NCBI GenBank assembly: GCA_003554375.1 | Contig: PWGF01000107.1 | Location: forward strand, 1 to 49,421 | Source of the DNA: Spirochaetaceae bacterium | GTDB taxonomy: Bacteria > Spirochaetota > Spirochaetia > DSM-27196 > SKKC01 | Direction: 5' to 3' | Length of the DNA stretch: 49,421 nt | Program-made: the position numbers and the translations under genes | Shown here: positions 1 through 9,269 of the stretch, one piece after another | Numbering within the stretch: position 1 is the stretch's first letter | Layout: every line of letters starts with the position of its first letter | The notes under the pieces: generated by a model | Database searches by the model: none | Seen by the model: only the letters and a program-made list of their open reading frames with translations | Told to the model about the DNA's origin: nothing

Positions 1-327
1 GACCCGTTGCAGCGGCCGGCCGGCTGCCGCTTCCACCCGCGGTGCCCTCGTACCTTTGCTCCCTGCGCCGTGCGGCCGCCTGCGCTCGTCACGGTAGCCG
101 AGGGACACATGGCGCGCTGCTGGCTCCACGCGGACGCCCCCGGCACCGCGGGGGCTGCAGCGGGAGACGCGGCAGGTGGCGCGGCAGGCGCGGCGGGCAC
201 GGCCGGCACGGCGGAGGACTCCGGCGCCGCCGAGGCGGCGGGCGCCGGTTCGGCCGGCACGGCATCCGCCGAAGACGCGGGCCGGGCTGTCGACATCGAC
301 GCGCCTTCGCGGGAGGCACGGCGATGA
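1..327 (+). CDS. Peptide ABC transporter ATP-binding protein (OppD/DppD type), C-terminal fragment that starts upstream of the window
   Basis: The frame is open from base 1. It encodes DPLQRPAGCRFHPRCP...MARCWLH, the Cys-rich C-terminal tail typical of oligopeptide/dipeptide ABC ATPases, followed by an Ala/Gly-rich tail. Its stop overlaps the next start (ATGA at 324-327). Confidence 0.8.
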   Translation, partial: DPLQRPAGCRFHPRCPRTFAPCAVRPPALVTVAEGHMARCWLHADAPGTAGAAAGDAAGGAAGAAGTAGTAEDSGAAEAAGAGSAGTASAEDAGRAVDIDAPSREARR

Positions 328-1343
328 GCGCTGCGGCGTCCCCAGGAGGTTCGGCGGCGAGCGCTCCGTCGCTCGTGGAGGCCGAAGGACTGCGCGTCCA
401 TTTCCACCCGCGGTCGGGACTCTTGCGGCGTTCGACCGTGAGGGCCGTAGACGGTATCTCGCTTGTGGTAGGCCGGCGTGAGGTCGTGGCGGTGGTCGGG
501 GAGTCGGGAAGCGGTAAGACGACTCTTGGACGCGCGCTGTTGCGCCTGGCTCCGATCAGTGGGGGAGCGGTGCGCTTTGACGGTGCGGATCTGTTGGCTC
601 TGGACCGGCCGGCCCTCAAGGCGTACCGCCGCCGCGCGCAGGTGGTCTTCCAGGACCCGTATGCGAGCAATAGCCCGTTCATGACGGTGGGCGAGCAGCT
701 GCGCGAGCCGCTGGCGGTGCACGGCATCGGCGCGGTGAGCGGCCGCGAGGAGATCGTGCTCCGCGCGTTGGAGCAGGTGAGGCTGACGCCCGCCGCTGAC
801 TTCGTGGACGCGTATCCGCACACGTTGTCCGGCGGACAGCGGCAGCGCATCTGCATTGCGCGGGCGCTCGTGCTGGAGCCGGAGTTCATCGTGGCGGACG
901 AGCCGGTATCGATGATCGACGCTTCCAGCCGTGCGGAGATCCTCTCGCTCCTCCGGGAGCTGCAGGCGCGGCAGGGGGTGAGCTTCCTTTATATCACCCA
1001 TGATATCGCCAGCGCACGTCACTTCTCGGATCGGACTACGGTGATGTATCTGGGGACCGCCGTGGAGGTGGGGCCTTCCGCCGGCGTCATCGAGGAGCCG
1101 CTCCATCCGTACACGAAAGGGCTCATCGCCGCGGTGCCGGAGCCCGATCCTCGCAACCGCCGTCGGATGCGTTCGGTGATTCCGGGCGAGCCGCCGAACG
1201 CGGCTGCCGTGCCGGCAGGATGCCCCTTTCACACGCGTTGCTCCCAGGTGATCCGCGGCAGATGCGACCGGGAGCGGCCGAAGCTTCAGGACGTGCGACC
1301 GGCGCACTCGGTGGCATGTCACCTGTACGACGGAAGCGTATGA
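324..1343 (+). CDS. Peptide ABC transporter ATP-binding protein (OppF/DppF type)
   Basis: Walker A GESGSGKTT, signature LSGGQRQR, Walker B FIVADEP, and C-terminal PAGCPFHTRC motif. The internal ATG at 324 is chosen because the upstream part of the 42..1343 ORF is Arg/Gly junk overlapping the previous gene. Confidence 0.9.
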   Translation: MSAAASPGGSAASAPSLVEAEGLRVHFHPRSGLLRRSTVRAVDGISLVVGRREVVAVVGESGSGKTTLGRALLRLAPISGGAVRFDGADLLALDRPALKAYRRRAQVVFQDPYASNSPFMTVGEQLREPLAVHGIGAVSGREEIVLRALEQVRLTPAADFVDAYPHTLSGGQRQRICIARALVLEPEFIVADEPVSMIDASSRAEILSLLRELQARQGVSFLYITHDIASARHFSDRTTVMYLGTAVEVGPSAGVIEEPLHPYTKGLIAAVPEPDPRNRRRMRSVIPGEPPNAAAVPAGCPFHTRCSQVIRGRCDRERPKLQDVRPAHSVACHLYDGSV

Positions 1344-3319
1344 TCGTAGGCATGATCACGGGACAGAGTGTTGCGGTCGAAGCGGACGCTCCGGCGCAGC
1401 TGGGCGCTACGGACCAGCGAACGGCCTCGGGTCGGCCGCGCGGGGCGGCCCGGGCGGCAAGCCGGCGGCGGGCGGATGGGCGCGGCCCTTGGGGCCGGTC
1501 GGGCCCTGCGGACAAGCGCGGCGCGTTCGGCCGGTCGAGCGCGCCGGCCCGGTCGGCCGGCGGCCGCGTGGCGACCGGCCGGCGCGACCCGGGAGCCGGC
1601 GCTCGGGGGCGCGGTTTGTGGCGCGGGGATAAGCGGCTCGGCGCATCGGGTCCCCGGATCCCTGTCACTGTCTGCAGCCGGGTGTTCGCCGTGCTCCTGT
1701 TCGCGGGCCTGCTCCTGGTGACGGACGCGGTTCCGGCCGGCGCCGGTACGCCGCGGCGCGGCGGCACGCTCACGCTCGCCAATAGGGCCGATCCGCCTGC
1801 GGGCTTCGACACCATGTTCACCAGCAGTATCGCACTGCACCACGTGGGCGGGGCCCTCTTCGGTCCGGGCAACCTGGTCAAGCGGAGCCGGGACGACTTC
1901 TACACGGTTGCACCCTATCTTGCACTCCGGTGGGAGCACACGCCGGACTTCAAGGAGTGGACGTTTGTGCTGCGCTCCGACGTCTACTGGCACGACGGAA
2001 CCCGCCTCACCGCGGCGGACGTGAAGTTCTGGCTCGATCTGGTCTTTTTCGGTGTGCGCTCCGGGCAGCGCGTACGGCCGCCGGCCTATTTTGCGCGCGA
2101 GCTAGGAGACGCCGTGGCGGTGGAGATCCCGGACCCGCGGCGTGTTCGGATCACGTTCTCACACCGCAACGCCCACTTTCTCCAGATTCTGGCGAACCCC
2201 CGGTTCAAGATCGCGCATCCGCGCCACCTGATGGAGCCGCGTATCGAAGCGGGCGACGTCATGGTCTCTCCGCTCGACGTCGGGCTCGTGGGGGTGGGGC
2301 CGTTCCGCATCGAGCGCTACCGGCGCGGCAGCCTGGTGCGGGTAGAGCGCTTCGATCGATACTTCGAGCGCGATCGGTACGGCAATCGCCTTCCTCACCT
2401 GAACCGGATCGATTACGTTACCATGCCGGACCCGTTTGCCATGGACATGGCGTTTCGAGGGGGACGACTGGATGGGGGAGCGCGAGGACAGGGGCACTTT
2501 CTCTCCAGCGAGCGCGTAGCGGCGTACGAGCGCGAGCTGGGCGACGCCGTCTTCTTCGCGCGATCCGACGGCGGAAACTTCCGCCTCGCCTTCAACGTCC
2601 TGAACGAGGGGCCGTGGCAGGATTCGCGCGTTCGCCGGGCTATCGCGCTGTGGATCGACAAGCCCGCGGCGATCCCGGCGGCGCTCGGAGGCTTCGGGTG
2701 GACGACGCCGAGCATCGGCCCCGGCGACATCGACGTTCCGACGGAGTTCATCAACTGGCCGCGTTACGATACCGCTCCGCTGGAGATCCGCCGAGCGGAG
2801 GCGCGGCGCTTGATGGAGGAGGCGGGCTACGGTGACGGCTTCACCATGGGGCACCTGACGCGAGCTATCATGCCCGAGGGGGGGGAGTTCCTGAAGGCGC
2901 AGCTTGCCGGGCTCGGGGTCGATCTGGAGCTGCAGATCGTCGACGAGGGGGAGTGGAACCGCGCCCGGGTCAGCTTGGACTACGACTCGCAACAAGGGCG
3001 GCTCACGCCGTCGCCGATCCCGGAGGGGACGGAGTCCGTGTACGGTCGCTACGAGGAGAACCCCGATGCGTACTCGAAACACGACGACCGCACCCTCGAC
3101 GCGCTTTACCGGCAACTCCGCGATTCGGTGACCATGGAGCAGCGGATCGAGGTGTGGCGCCGCCTGTCGCGCTATCTCTTCTACGAGCAGTCCTACATCG
3201 TTCCCGTCGCGGAGTCGATCGATGTGGTTCCGTATCGCGCGGATGTGCGCGGCCTTGTCGTGCCTCCCGAGGACATGCACACGCACACCGACTTCGCCAC
3301 GGTGTGGCTGGAGCGATGA
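1340..3319 (+). CDS. ABC transporter substrate-binding protein, family 5 (peptide/nickel)
   Basis: Signal-peptide-like VFAVLLFAGLLLVTDAVPAGA, then GGTLTLA and a long SBP_bac_5-like body. The ATG at 1340 overlaps the oppF-like stop (ATGA). The first ~90 codons are Arg/Gly-rich and may be non-coding; an alternative TTG start lies at 1613. Confidence 0.8.
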   Translation: MIVGMITGQSVAVEADAPAQLGATDQRTASGRPRGAARAASRRRADGRGPWGRSGPADKRGAFGRSSAPARSAGGRVATGRRDPGAGARGRGLWRGDKRLGASGPRIPVTVCSRVFAVLLFAGLLLVTDAVPAGAGTPRRGGTLTLANRADPPAGFDTMFTSSIALHHVGGALFGPGNLVKRSRDDFYTVAPYLALRWEHTPDFKEWTFVLRSDVYWHDGTRLTAADVKFWLDLVFFGVRSGQRVRPPAYFARELGDAVAVEIPDPRRVRITFSHRNAHFLQILANPRFKIAHPRHLMEPRIEAGDVMVSPLDVGLVGVGPFRIERYRRGSLVRVERFDRYFERDRYGNRLPHLNRIDYVTMPDPFAMDMAFRGGRLDGGARGQGHFLSSERVAAYERELGDAVFFARSDGGNFRLAFNVLNEGPWQDSRVRRAIALWIDKPAAIPAALGGFGWTTPSIGPGDIDVPTEFINWPRYDTAPLEIRRAEARRLMEEAGYGDGFTMGHLTRAIMPEGGEFLKAQLAGLGVDLELQIVDEGEWNRARVSLDYDSQQGRLTPSPIPEGTESVYGRYEENPDAYSKHDDRTLDALYRQLRDSVTMEQRIEVWRRLSRYLFYEQSYIVPVAESIDVVPYRADVRGLVVPPEDMHTHTDFATVWLER

Positions 3320-4281
3320 TGGTACGCTACATGGCGCGTCGCGTGATCGTTGCGATTCCGACGCTCATAGCAATGTCGCTTCTGGTCTTCGCGATCATGC
3401 GCGTCCTGCCGGGGGACGTTTCGCTTGCGATCCTGGCGGACACCCCGCACACGGTGGAGATGCGGGAGGCGCTACGGCGGGAGCTCGGCCTGGAGGAGCC
3501 GCTCCCTGCGCAGTACGCGAGGTGGGCCGGGAGCATGCTCGACGGAAGCTTTGGCGGCCGCTCGCTCGAGACGGGGGAGCCGATCTCGGCGATTCTCGCC
3601 GAGCAGCTCTCGGTGACGCTGCTCCTTGCCGTGTACGCGGTGGTGCTCTCGTTGGCCGTGGCGCTCCCGCTGGGGGTGGCCGCGGGGCTACATCGCGGAC
3701 GAGCGCTGGATCGGGCGATCGAAGGCGCATCGCGTGCGGCGCTCTCGGTCCCGACCGTGTTTGCCGCGCTCCTGGTGATGTGGCTCCTGCTACGGCTGTT
3801 CGGGTGGTCCCCGCCGATCATCTATGAGGGTCCGGCGGACGATCCGGCTACCCACATCCAGATGGTGTTTTGGCCGGCGCTTCTCCTGGCGGCGGCGTAC
3901 GGGCCGCACCTGGTGCGGGTGACTCGCACCCGGCTGATCGACGTCCTCGATAGTGATTACGCGGAGAGCGCGCGGGCTCGCGGCCTGACCGAAGCACACG
4001 TCGTGCTTCGTCACGCTCTCCCCAACGCGCTTGTGGCGGCGATCACGGTGGCCGGCGTGCAGTTGGGCGCTTTGGTCAGCGGAGCGATCGTCGTGGAGAC
4101 GGTGTTCGGCCTTCCTGGGATCGGCCGGGGGATCGTTCATGCGGCGCTCGCGCGCGATTACCCCGTGGTACAGAGCATCGCTACGATCCTCGTGGCGCTT
4201 GTGCTCGCCGGCAACCTCGCGGTCGATCTCCTCTACTCGTTTCTCGACCCGCGCGTGCGCTATGACGGGAGGAGGATGTGA
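3316..4281 (+). CDS. Peptide ABC transporter permease (DppB/OppB type)
   Basis: N-terminus MMVRYMARRVIVAIPTLIAMSLLVF, a multi-TM body and an EAA-like loop (YAESARARGL). The start overlaps the SBP stop. Confidence 0.9.
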   Translation: MMVRYMARRVIVAIPTLIAMSLLVFAIMRVLPGDVSLAILADTPHTVEMREALRRELGLEEPLPAQYARWAGSMLDGSFGGRSLETGEPISAILAEQLSVTLLLAVYAVVLSLAVALPLGVAAGLHRGRALDRAIEGASRAALSVPTVFAALLVMWLLLRLFGWSPPIIYEGPADDPATHIQMVFWPALLLAAAYGPHLVRVTRTRLIDVLDSDYAESARARGLTEAHVVLRHALPNALVAAITVAGVQLGALVSGAIVVETVFGLPGIGRGIVHAALARDYPVVQSIATILVALVLAGNLAVDLLYSFLDPRVRYDGRRM

Positions 4282-5129
4282 TGCGCGGGGTTGGGGTGGG
4301 GGTGGTGTTGGCCGGAGTCGTGCTCCTCGTGGTAGCCGGCGGAGCGCTCTTTGCCGATCTGATCGCTCCGTTCGACCCGCTCGAACAGGCCGTCGACCGG
4401 CGGCTCCTTCCGCCGGGGCGGAAGCATCTCTTCGGAACGGACGGCTTCGGCCGCGACGTGCTGAGCCGCACGCTCTACGGTGCGCGCGTATCGATAGCGG
4501 TTGCTCTGGCGTCCGTTCTGGTCGCGGGTGGTGCCGGCGTTGCCTTGGGGCTGACGTCGGCGTATGCCGGCGGGAGATACGACTTGATGGTGCAACGCGG
4601 TATCGACGTCCTGCACGGCTTTCCGTTTCTGGTCATGGCGCTGATTGTGGTCGTGGCACTCTCGCCCTCTCCCGCGGCGACCGCCGCGGCGATCGCTCTG
4701 TCCCTCCTTCCCCTCGTCGCCAGAGTGGCGCGCGGCGCGGCGCTCTCGGTTGTCGAGGAGGAGTATCTCCTTGCCGTCCGCGCAACGGGTGCCGGAGCCG
4801 CCCGAACGGTATTCCGGCACGTTCTGCCCGCCGCAGGCCCGCCGATCGCCGCCTACCTTGCGGCGTGTCTCGGAACGGCGGTCGGGGCGGAGGCTACTCT
4901 GAGTTACCTCGGCCTGGGTGTGCCGCCCCCGTATGCTTCGTGGGGCCGGATGCTCCGGGAGGGAAGCCGTGCCTACTTCGATGCGGCGCCCTGGGTAACG
5001 CTGCTGCCGGGCCTGGTTTTGTGCGCGACCGTCGTCAGCCTCATTGTGGTCGGCGACCGGCTCGGCCGGCGCCGATATCGAGCTTGTGGGGAGCGTAGGC
5101 CTCAGCGAGTCGGGAGACCACGCCAGTAG
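4278..5129 (+). CDS. Peptide ABC transporter permease (DppC/OppC type)
   Basis: FADLIAPFDP N-terminal motif, GTDGFGRDVLSR, and multi-TM. GTG 4278 or ATG 4281 overlaps the previous stop. Confidence 0.9.
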   Translation: MMRGVGVGVVLAGVVLLVVAGGALFADLIAPFDPLEQAVDRRLLPPGRKHLFGTDGFGRDVLSRTLYGARVSIAVALASVLVAGGAGVALGLTSAYAGGRYDLMVQRGIDVLHGFPFLVMALIVVVALSPSPAATAAAIALSLLPLVARVARGAALSVVEEEYLLAVRATGAGAARTVFRHVLPAAGPPIAAYLAACLGTAVGAEATLSYLGLGVPPPYASWGRMLREGSRAYFDAAPWVTLLPGLVLCATVVSLIVVGDRLGRRRYRACGERRPQRVGRPRQ

Positions 5130-5596
5130 GCGCCGCCTTTGTGCGGGATGCGGGTGATCCCGTGGTCGCTTGCGTAGCGCCGAACGGCGTGGAGCAGGCT
5201 GGTGGCCTCATCTGTTAGGTGCGCGTCCTCCGAGCGGACCTCCCCTGCCCGATCGCGAGAATAGAGAACGTGGTGCGCTTCGAGTAGGCTGAGCACGAAC
5301 GGGGGGACAGAGAGGAACTCAGCTTTGGTGAGCACGACCGGGCTAAGCGGGGGCCCACGGTAGTCCGGCGGCTCGTCGAACTCGCGGGCGCGGTGGGGGC
5401 GGGACTTGTCCGAAGAATCGAGTATCAACAGGAGGTCCAGGTCGCTGTCGTTCCGGTGCGTCCCGGATGCATATGACCCGACCACGAACGCCGCGGCGAG
5501 TCGAGAGCCGTACAGGTCGAGGCAGTGCCGGCGAAGGGTGGGCTCGAGCTCGCGGAGGTCGAAGTGGGGGAGGGGGTAGGATCTATGCATTTTCAT
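5102..5596 (-). CDS. Nucleotidyltransferase-domain protein (MNT-type antitoxin candidate)
   Basis: GSYASGTHRNDSDLDLLLILD is a minimal nucleotidyltransferase GS-X-DxD motif. It lies directly downstream of, and overlaps, the HEPN gene. Confidence 0.8.
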   Translation of the reverse strand: MKMHRSYPLPHFDLRELEPTLRRHCLDLYGSRLAAAFVVGSYASGTHRNDSDLDLLLILDSSDKSRPHRAREFDEPPDYRGPPLSPVVLTKAEFLSVPPFVLSLLEAHHVLYSRDRAGEVRSEDAHLTDEATSLLHAVRRYASDHGITRIPHKGGAYWRGLPTR

Positions 5597-6059
5597 CGGT
5601 GTCGCCTGGCTGGTCAGAAGCTTCCTGGGACCGGTTAGGACTCGAGGGCCGGCTGACGTCCAATGGCCGGATCCATTCCAGGATGAAGTCTACTTGCGAG
5701 ATGGCCGCGTCCGCGTCCTCTCGGGTGTAGTCCTGCGCAGGGTCGACGTCGAGCGCTCCGTAGAACGCAAGCTCACGGTCACGCCGCAGCTGAAAGGAGT
5801 AGCGCGCTACGACGTCGACATCCGTCTGCATGGTGGCGGGCAGCTCGGACGCATATTGCTTCACGATTTTCCCTACGTCGTGAAGCTTTGGCGGGTCGAT
5901 ACCGATAAGGCGCAATACAGCTTTGAGGGCAAGCTCACAGATCTCCTGGGACTCGCGCACGGTGTCCGAGTAGCTCTCTTCCTCGTAAAGCACCTGGAGG
6001 GCCTTACGCCGAGCTCGAGACTTTTGTATGTACGCCGTGGCGAGTTGATCGGCCTCCAC
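5583..6059 (-). CDS. HEPN-domain protein (toxin candidate of a HEPN/MNT pair)
   Basis: All-helical sequence with LRRDRELAFYG, typical of the HEPN (PF05168-like) family. It overlaps the MNT gene by 14 nt. Confidence 0.8.
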   Translation of the reverse strand: MEADQLATAYIQKSRARRKALQVLYEEESYSDTVRESQEICELALKAVLRLIGIDPPKLHDVGKIVKQYASELPATMQTDVDVVARYSFQLRRDRELAFYGALDVDPAQDYTREDADAAISQVDFILEWIRPLDVSRPSSPNRSQEASDQPGDTDENA

Positions 6060-6260
6060 AACCCCATGATACGCGATGGGCTGGGGGGCGTCCAGCGTAG
6101 GAGCGGCCGGATACGGTGGCGCGTGGGAGAGCGCGCGGCGCTTCCGAATGGAGGCGAGGAGCCCCCGGGTAGTCGATCCAGGCGCCCGCGCCGTCTCCTA
6201 GCAGGCATCGTATGCTGCTGCGCCCATTTCGCTGTCCATCGTACCCTTCCTTGTCGGGGC

Positions 6261-7892
6261 CTACCTCCCGACCTGTTCCCGGAGCTCTTCGTCCTCGTGT
6301 TGGAAGACGACACCACCGTTCATGATCGTCGTCTCTACGGTGGCGGAACGAAGCGGCGTTTCGTCGCCGGTTCGGTCGTACGCGAGCGGGTCGTGGGACA
6401 GGACGACGAAGTCCGCGGCGTAGCCGGGAGCGATCGCTCCTTTCCATTCCTCCGTCCCTTCGGCGTACGCTGATCCGCGCGTATACGCATCCACGGCCTG
6501 CCGGACGGTGAGGCGCTCCGGGCCCGAGCGGAGAACGGCCCGCCGGATTCCTTCGAGAGGCGCGAAGGTGGCTTCGGCCGGGGAGTCGGAGCCAAACGAA
6601 AGGGGGACGCCGGCTTCCAGGAGCGAGCGATACGGGTATGCGCGAGCGGCGCGCTCGGAACCCAAGATCTCCCGGTCTTTTTCCGGCGACGAGATTGCGT
6701 GCGGCTGGACGGCGGCGAGGATGCCGAGGTTAGCGAGGCGCTCGATGTCCTCCGGAGCCACGAGCTGGCAGTGCTCGAGCCGGTGGCGGAGCTCGGTGAA
6801 TTTGGGCCGCGCTTGCGCGACGGCCTCCGCTGCGTCGACGAAGTTCCGCACTGCTCCGTCCCCGATCGCATGGAACGCGCCCTGCCGGCCGCGGAAGGTG
6901 AGCCGACCGAGGAGTCTGCGGAGTGCGTGGCCTTCGATATGCGGCGTGCCGTGTTCGGCGGAATTGCCGGCGTACGGATCGAGCAGGAGCGCGGAGTAGG
7001 AAGAGAAGGCGCCGTCGAGGAAATCCTTCACCGGGCCCCGGCGAACGAGCTCGCGGTCGTAGGGGGCAAACGCCATGCGGGCTGCGTGATACGGCAGGCT
7101 GCGCCGGGACCAGGCCGACACGCGAGTTCGTAGCTCTCCGCGATCCCGGAGGCGGGTGAACCCGAGAGCGGACCCGGCGTACCAGGTGTTGTCGCCGACG
7201 CTCGTAATCCCATGCTCGACGAAGGCGGCTTGCGCAGTTCGAAGAAGCGAATCCACCATGTGCCGGCTCCGGTGGATGTCGTGCAGGCGCATCTCGTGTA
7301 TGACCCGCGATGCCCCTTCCCGGAGAATGCCGGTGGGCTCTCCGTCTCCGTCGCGCTCGACGACTGCCCCAGGGCGATCGGTGCTCCGTTTGGTGATGCC
7401 GAGGCGACGAAGCATAGCACTGTTTACACATGCCGCGTGTCCGGAGAACTGGAACAGGGCGATCGGTCGCGTAGACGAGATCTCGTCCAGAAGGCGCTTG
7501 TGAGGGTCGGGCCAGGTGGGATAGTCCCAGCCGTAGGCGAAGAGAAGCGTGTCCCCCGGCTCTTGCGCGACGAGGGCGCGCACGGTCTCGCGAATCTGGC
7601 CGGCGTCGAGGCCATGGAGGCTGGGGCGGTTCGCGTGGTCTCCGGTGATCAAGGTGTGGACATGGTTGTCCATGAAGCCGGGGAGCACGGTTTTGCCGCC
7701 GAGATCGTAGACGGGGAGATTGCTCCTGCCGTGGCGGTCCACGGGAGCGTCGTCGCTTCCGGCATGGCCGACCCAGCGGATGCGCCCGTCGCGGACGTGA
7801 ATGGCGTCGGGCGGTGGATCGCCGGCAACCTCCGTCCCCACCACCGGGAGCGCCGCGTTGGCAATGACGTATTCGGTGAGCTGGTCTTTCAC
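6261..7892 (-). CDS. Amidohydrolase-family metal-dependent hydrolase (YtcJ-like)
   Basis: PGFMDNHVHTLITGD metal-binding motif, HAIGD, and FGSDSP near the C-terminus. The GTG at 7892 is preceded by AAGGGAG. The longer TTG start at 7925 has no SD. Confidence 0.85.
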   Translation of the reverse strand: MKDQLTEYVIANAALPVVGTEVAGDPPPDAIHVRDGRIRWVGHAGSDDAPVDRHGRSNLPVYDLGGKTVLPGFMDNHVHTLITGDHANRPSLHGLDAGQIRETVRALVAQEPGDTLLFAYGWDYPTWPDPHKRLLDEISSTRPIALFQFSGHAACVNSAMLRRLGITKRSTDRPGAVVERDGDGEPTGILREGASRVIHEMRLHDIHRSRHMVDSLLRTAQAAFVEHGITSVGDNTWYAGSALGFTRLRDRGELRTRVSAWSRRSLPYHAARMAFAPYDRELVRRGPVKDFLDGAFSSYSALLLDPYAGNSAEHGTPHIEGHALRRLLGRLTFRGRQGAFHAIGDGAVRNFVDAAEAVAQARPKFTELRHRLEHCQLVAPEDIERLANLGILAAVQPHAISSPEKDREILGSERAARAYPYRSLLEAGVPLSFGSDSPAEATFAPLEGIRRAVLRSGPERLTVRQAVDAYTRGSAYAEGTEEWKGAIAPGYAADFVVLSHDPLAYDRTGDETPLRSATVETTIMNGGVVFQHEDEELREQVGR

Positions 7893-8178
7893 GTTCTCGT
7901 CTCCCTTCCCTGAGGTGTTCCCCAAGCACTATCGGGACACACGACAGCGCGGGCTGCAACTCTTACCAACCTATCGGTGCGATATTCCAAAGTCAATAGG
8001 AATGTGGAATTGGTTGCGTTGAGGCGGTAGCGGACCGGATCTTGCTACCGATTCACACTGGCGCTACCTGGACCACGGATGCACCGTTTCGTCAGACCGA
8101 GGCTGCAATCGATCGTGCTCGGACGCGCTCAGAAGATAACCTTGCGGTCGAAACGGAGGCATCGAAGCTCGTGAGACG

Positions 8179-8581
8179 TTAACGACCGTTGTCACCCTCG
8201 TCCATCTCATCTGCCTGAGTGCCCTCAGACAACGGCCGGTGCCTTCGCTCACGAACAGCGACTGCGGCAATGAGGACACCGGAGAACGCAAGCATCACCC
8301 ACGCGAACAGATCGCTGATCGGATGATAGAGGGTGGTTGGCGCCCCGTTGTAGATCGGTGTCTCGACTTCGAGCGTGAAACCGCGAACCAGCGGAGCGAA
8401 CGAGGACTCGAAGCTGATCGGCACGCCGGCGAGCGCGGTTCCGTCGCGGGGCGTTCGGGTGAACGAGCACCGCACGGATGCTGTCTGTGGGCTGCGGCAA
8501 CTGCTGCATCCGAACCTGACCGTAGCCGTAGACGGCAGCAACAAGCACCGCGGCGAACGCCAGATGCCGTGCCGGCACCAT
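8179..8581 (-). pseudogene. Small secreted/membrane-anchored protein, apparently split by a frameshift at a G4 run
   Basis: ORF 8249..8581 begins with a good signal peptide (MVPARHLAFAAVLVAAVYGYG) and then decays into Arg-rich junk. ORF 8179..8544 carries a protein-like body and a C-terminal TM (FAWVMLAFSGVLIAAVAV-RERRHR). The two frames can be joined at GGGG 8448-8451. Confidence 0.4.
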
Positions 8582-8639
8582 GGACCGGCGAGAGTGAATG
8601 GCCGTTGCCGGCCACCCGGGACCGGAGTATACTGAAGCT

Positions 8640-9194
8640 ATGGCGATCGTCGTGAACCGTCAGACCAAGCTCACCTACGAGGATTACATCCACTTTCCGG
8701 ACGACGGCCGCATCCACGAGCTCATCGACGGAGATCACTACGTGTCACCTGCCCCCGGAACCGACCACCAGCGCATCTCGCGCCGCATTCAGTTTCAGCT
8801 GTACGAGCAGCTGGAGAAGCCCGGCTTGGCTGAGGTCTTCGACGCCCCCACCGACGTGCATCTTACGCAGATCGATGTGGTGCAGCCGGACCTGGCGATA
8901 ATCGACGCAACGCGCCGCTATATCATATCTCCCCGGAAAGTGAACGATGCTCCGGAGCTCATTGTCGAGATTCTCTCGGAAAGCACCGCCACTCGCGATC
9001 AATCGCTCAAGCGGGATCTCTACCAGCGCGCGGGCGTGGGTGAATACTGGATCGTGGATCCGGGGACGCACGAAGTCCACGCGTTCCGTCTGAGCTCTTC
9101 CGGCCAATATGAGCCGGCGGGAACCTACCGGGAGAGCATCGAGTTCCGGACCGAGCGCCTTCATGCGGTCGTGGATCTGACGCAGGTGTGGTAA
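8640..9194 (+). CDS. Uma2-family (DUF820) putative endonuclease
   Basis: YEDYIHFPDDGRIHELIDGD, VVQPDLAII and PELIVEILSEST...YWIVDP are characteristic Uma2 motifs. Confidence 0.85.
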   Translation: MAIVVNRQTKLTYEDYIHFPDDGRIHELIDGDHYVSPAPGTDHQRISRRIQFQLYEQLEKPGLAEVFDAPTDVHLTQIDVVQPDLAIIDATRRYIISPRKVNDAPELIVEILSESTATRDQSLKRDLYQRAGVGEYWIVDPGTHEVHAFRLSSSGQYEPAGTYRESIEFRTERLHAVVDLTQVW

Positions 9195-9269
9195 CGCAGG
9201 TTGGGTTGGGACACGGGGAGGTTGTATCTGCATTGACCCTGCAACCCTTCCCCCAGTAGCTTAGAGCAG

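Noticed and set aside
6730-7959. 409-aa minus-strand ORF in an alternative frame of the amidohydrolase gene
   Set aside because: It is Arg/Pro-rich junk. The 6261..7892 frame carries the amidohydrolase metal-binding motifs.
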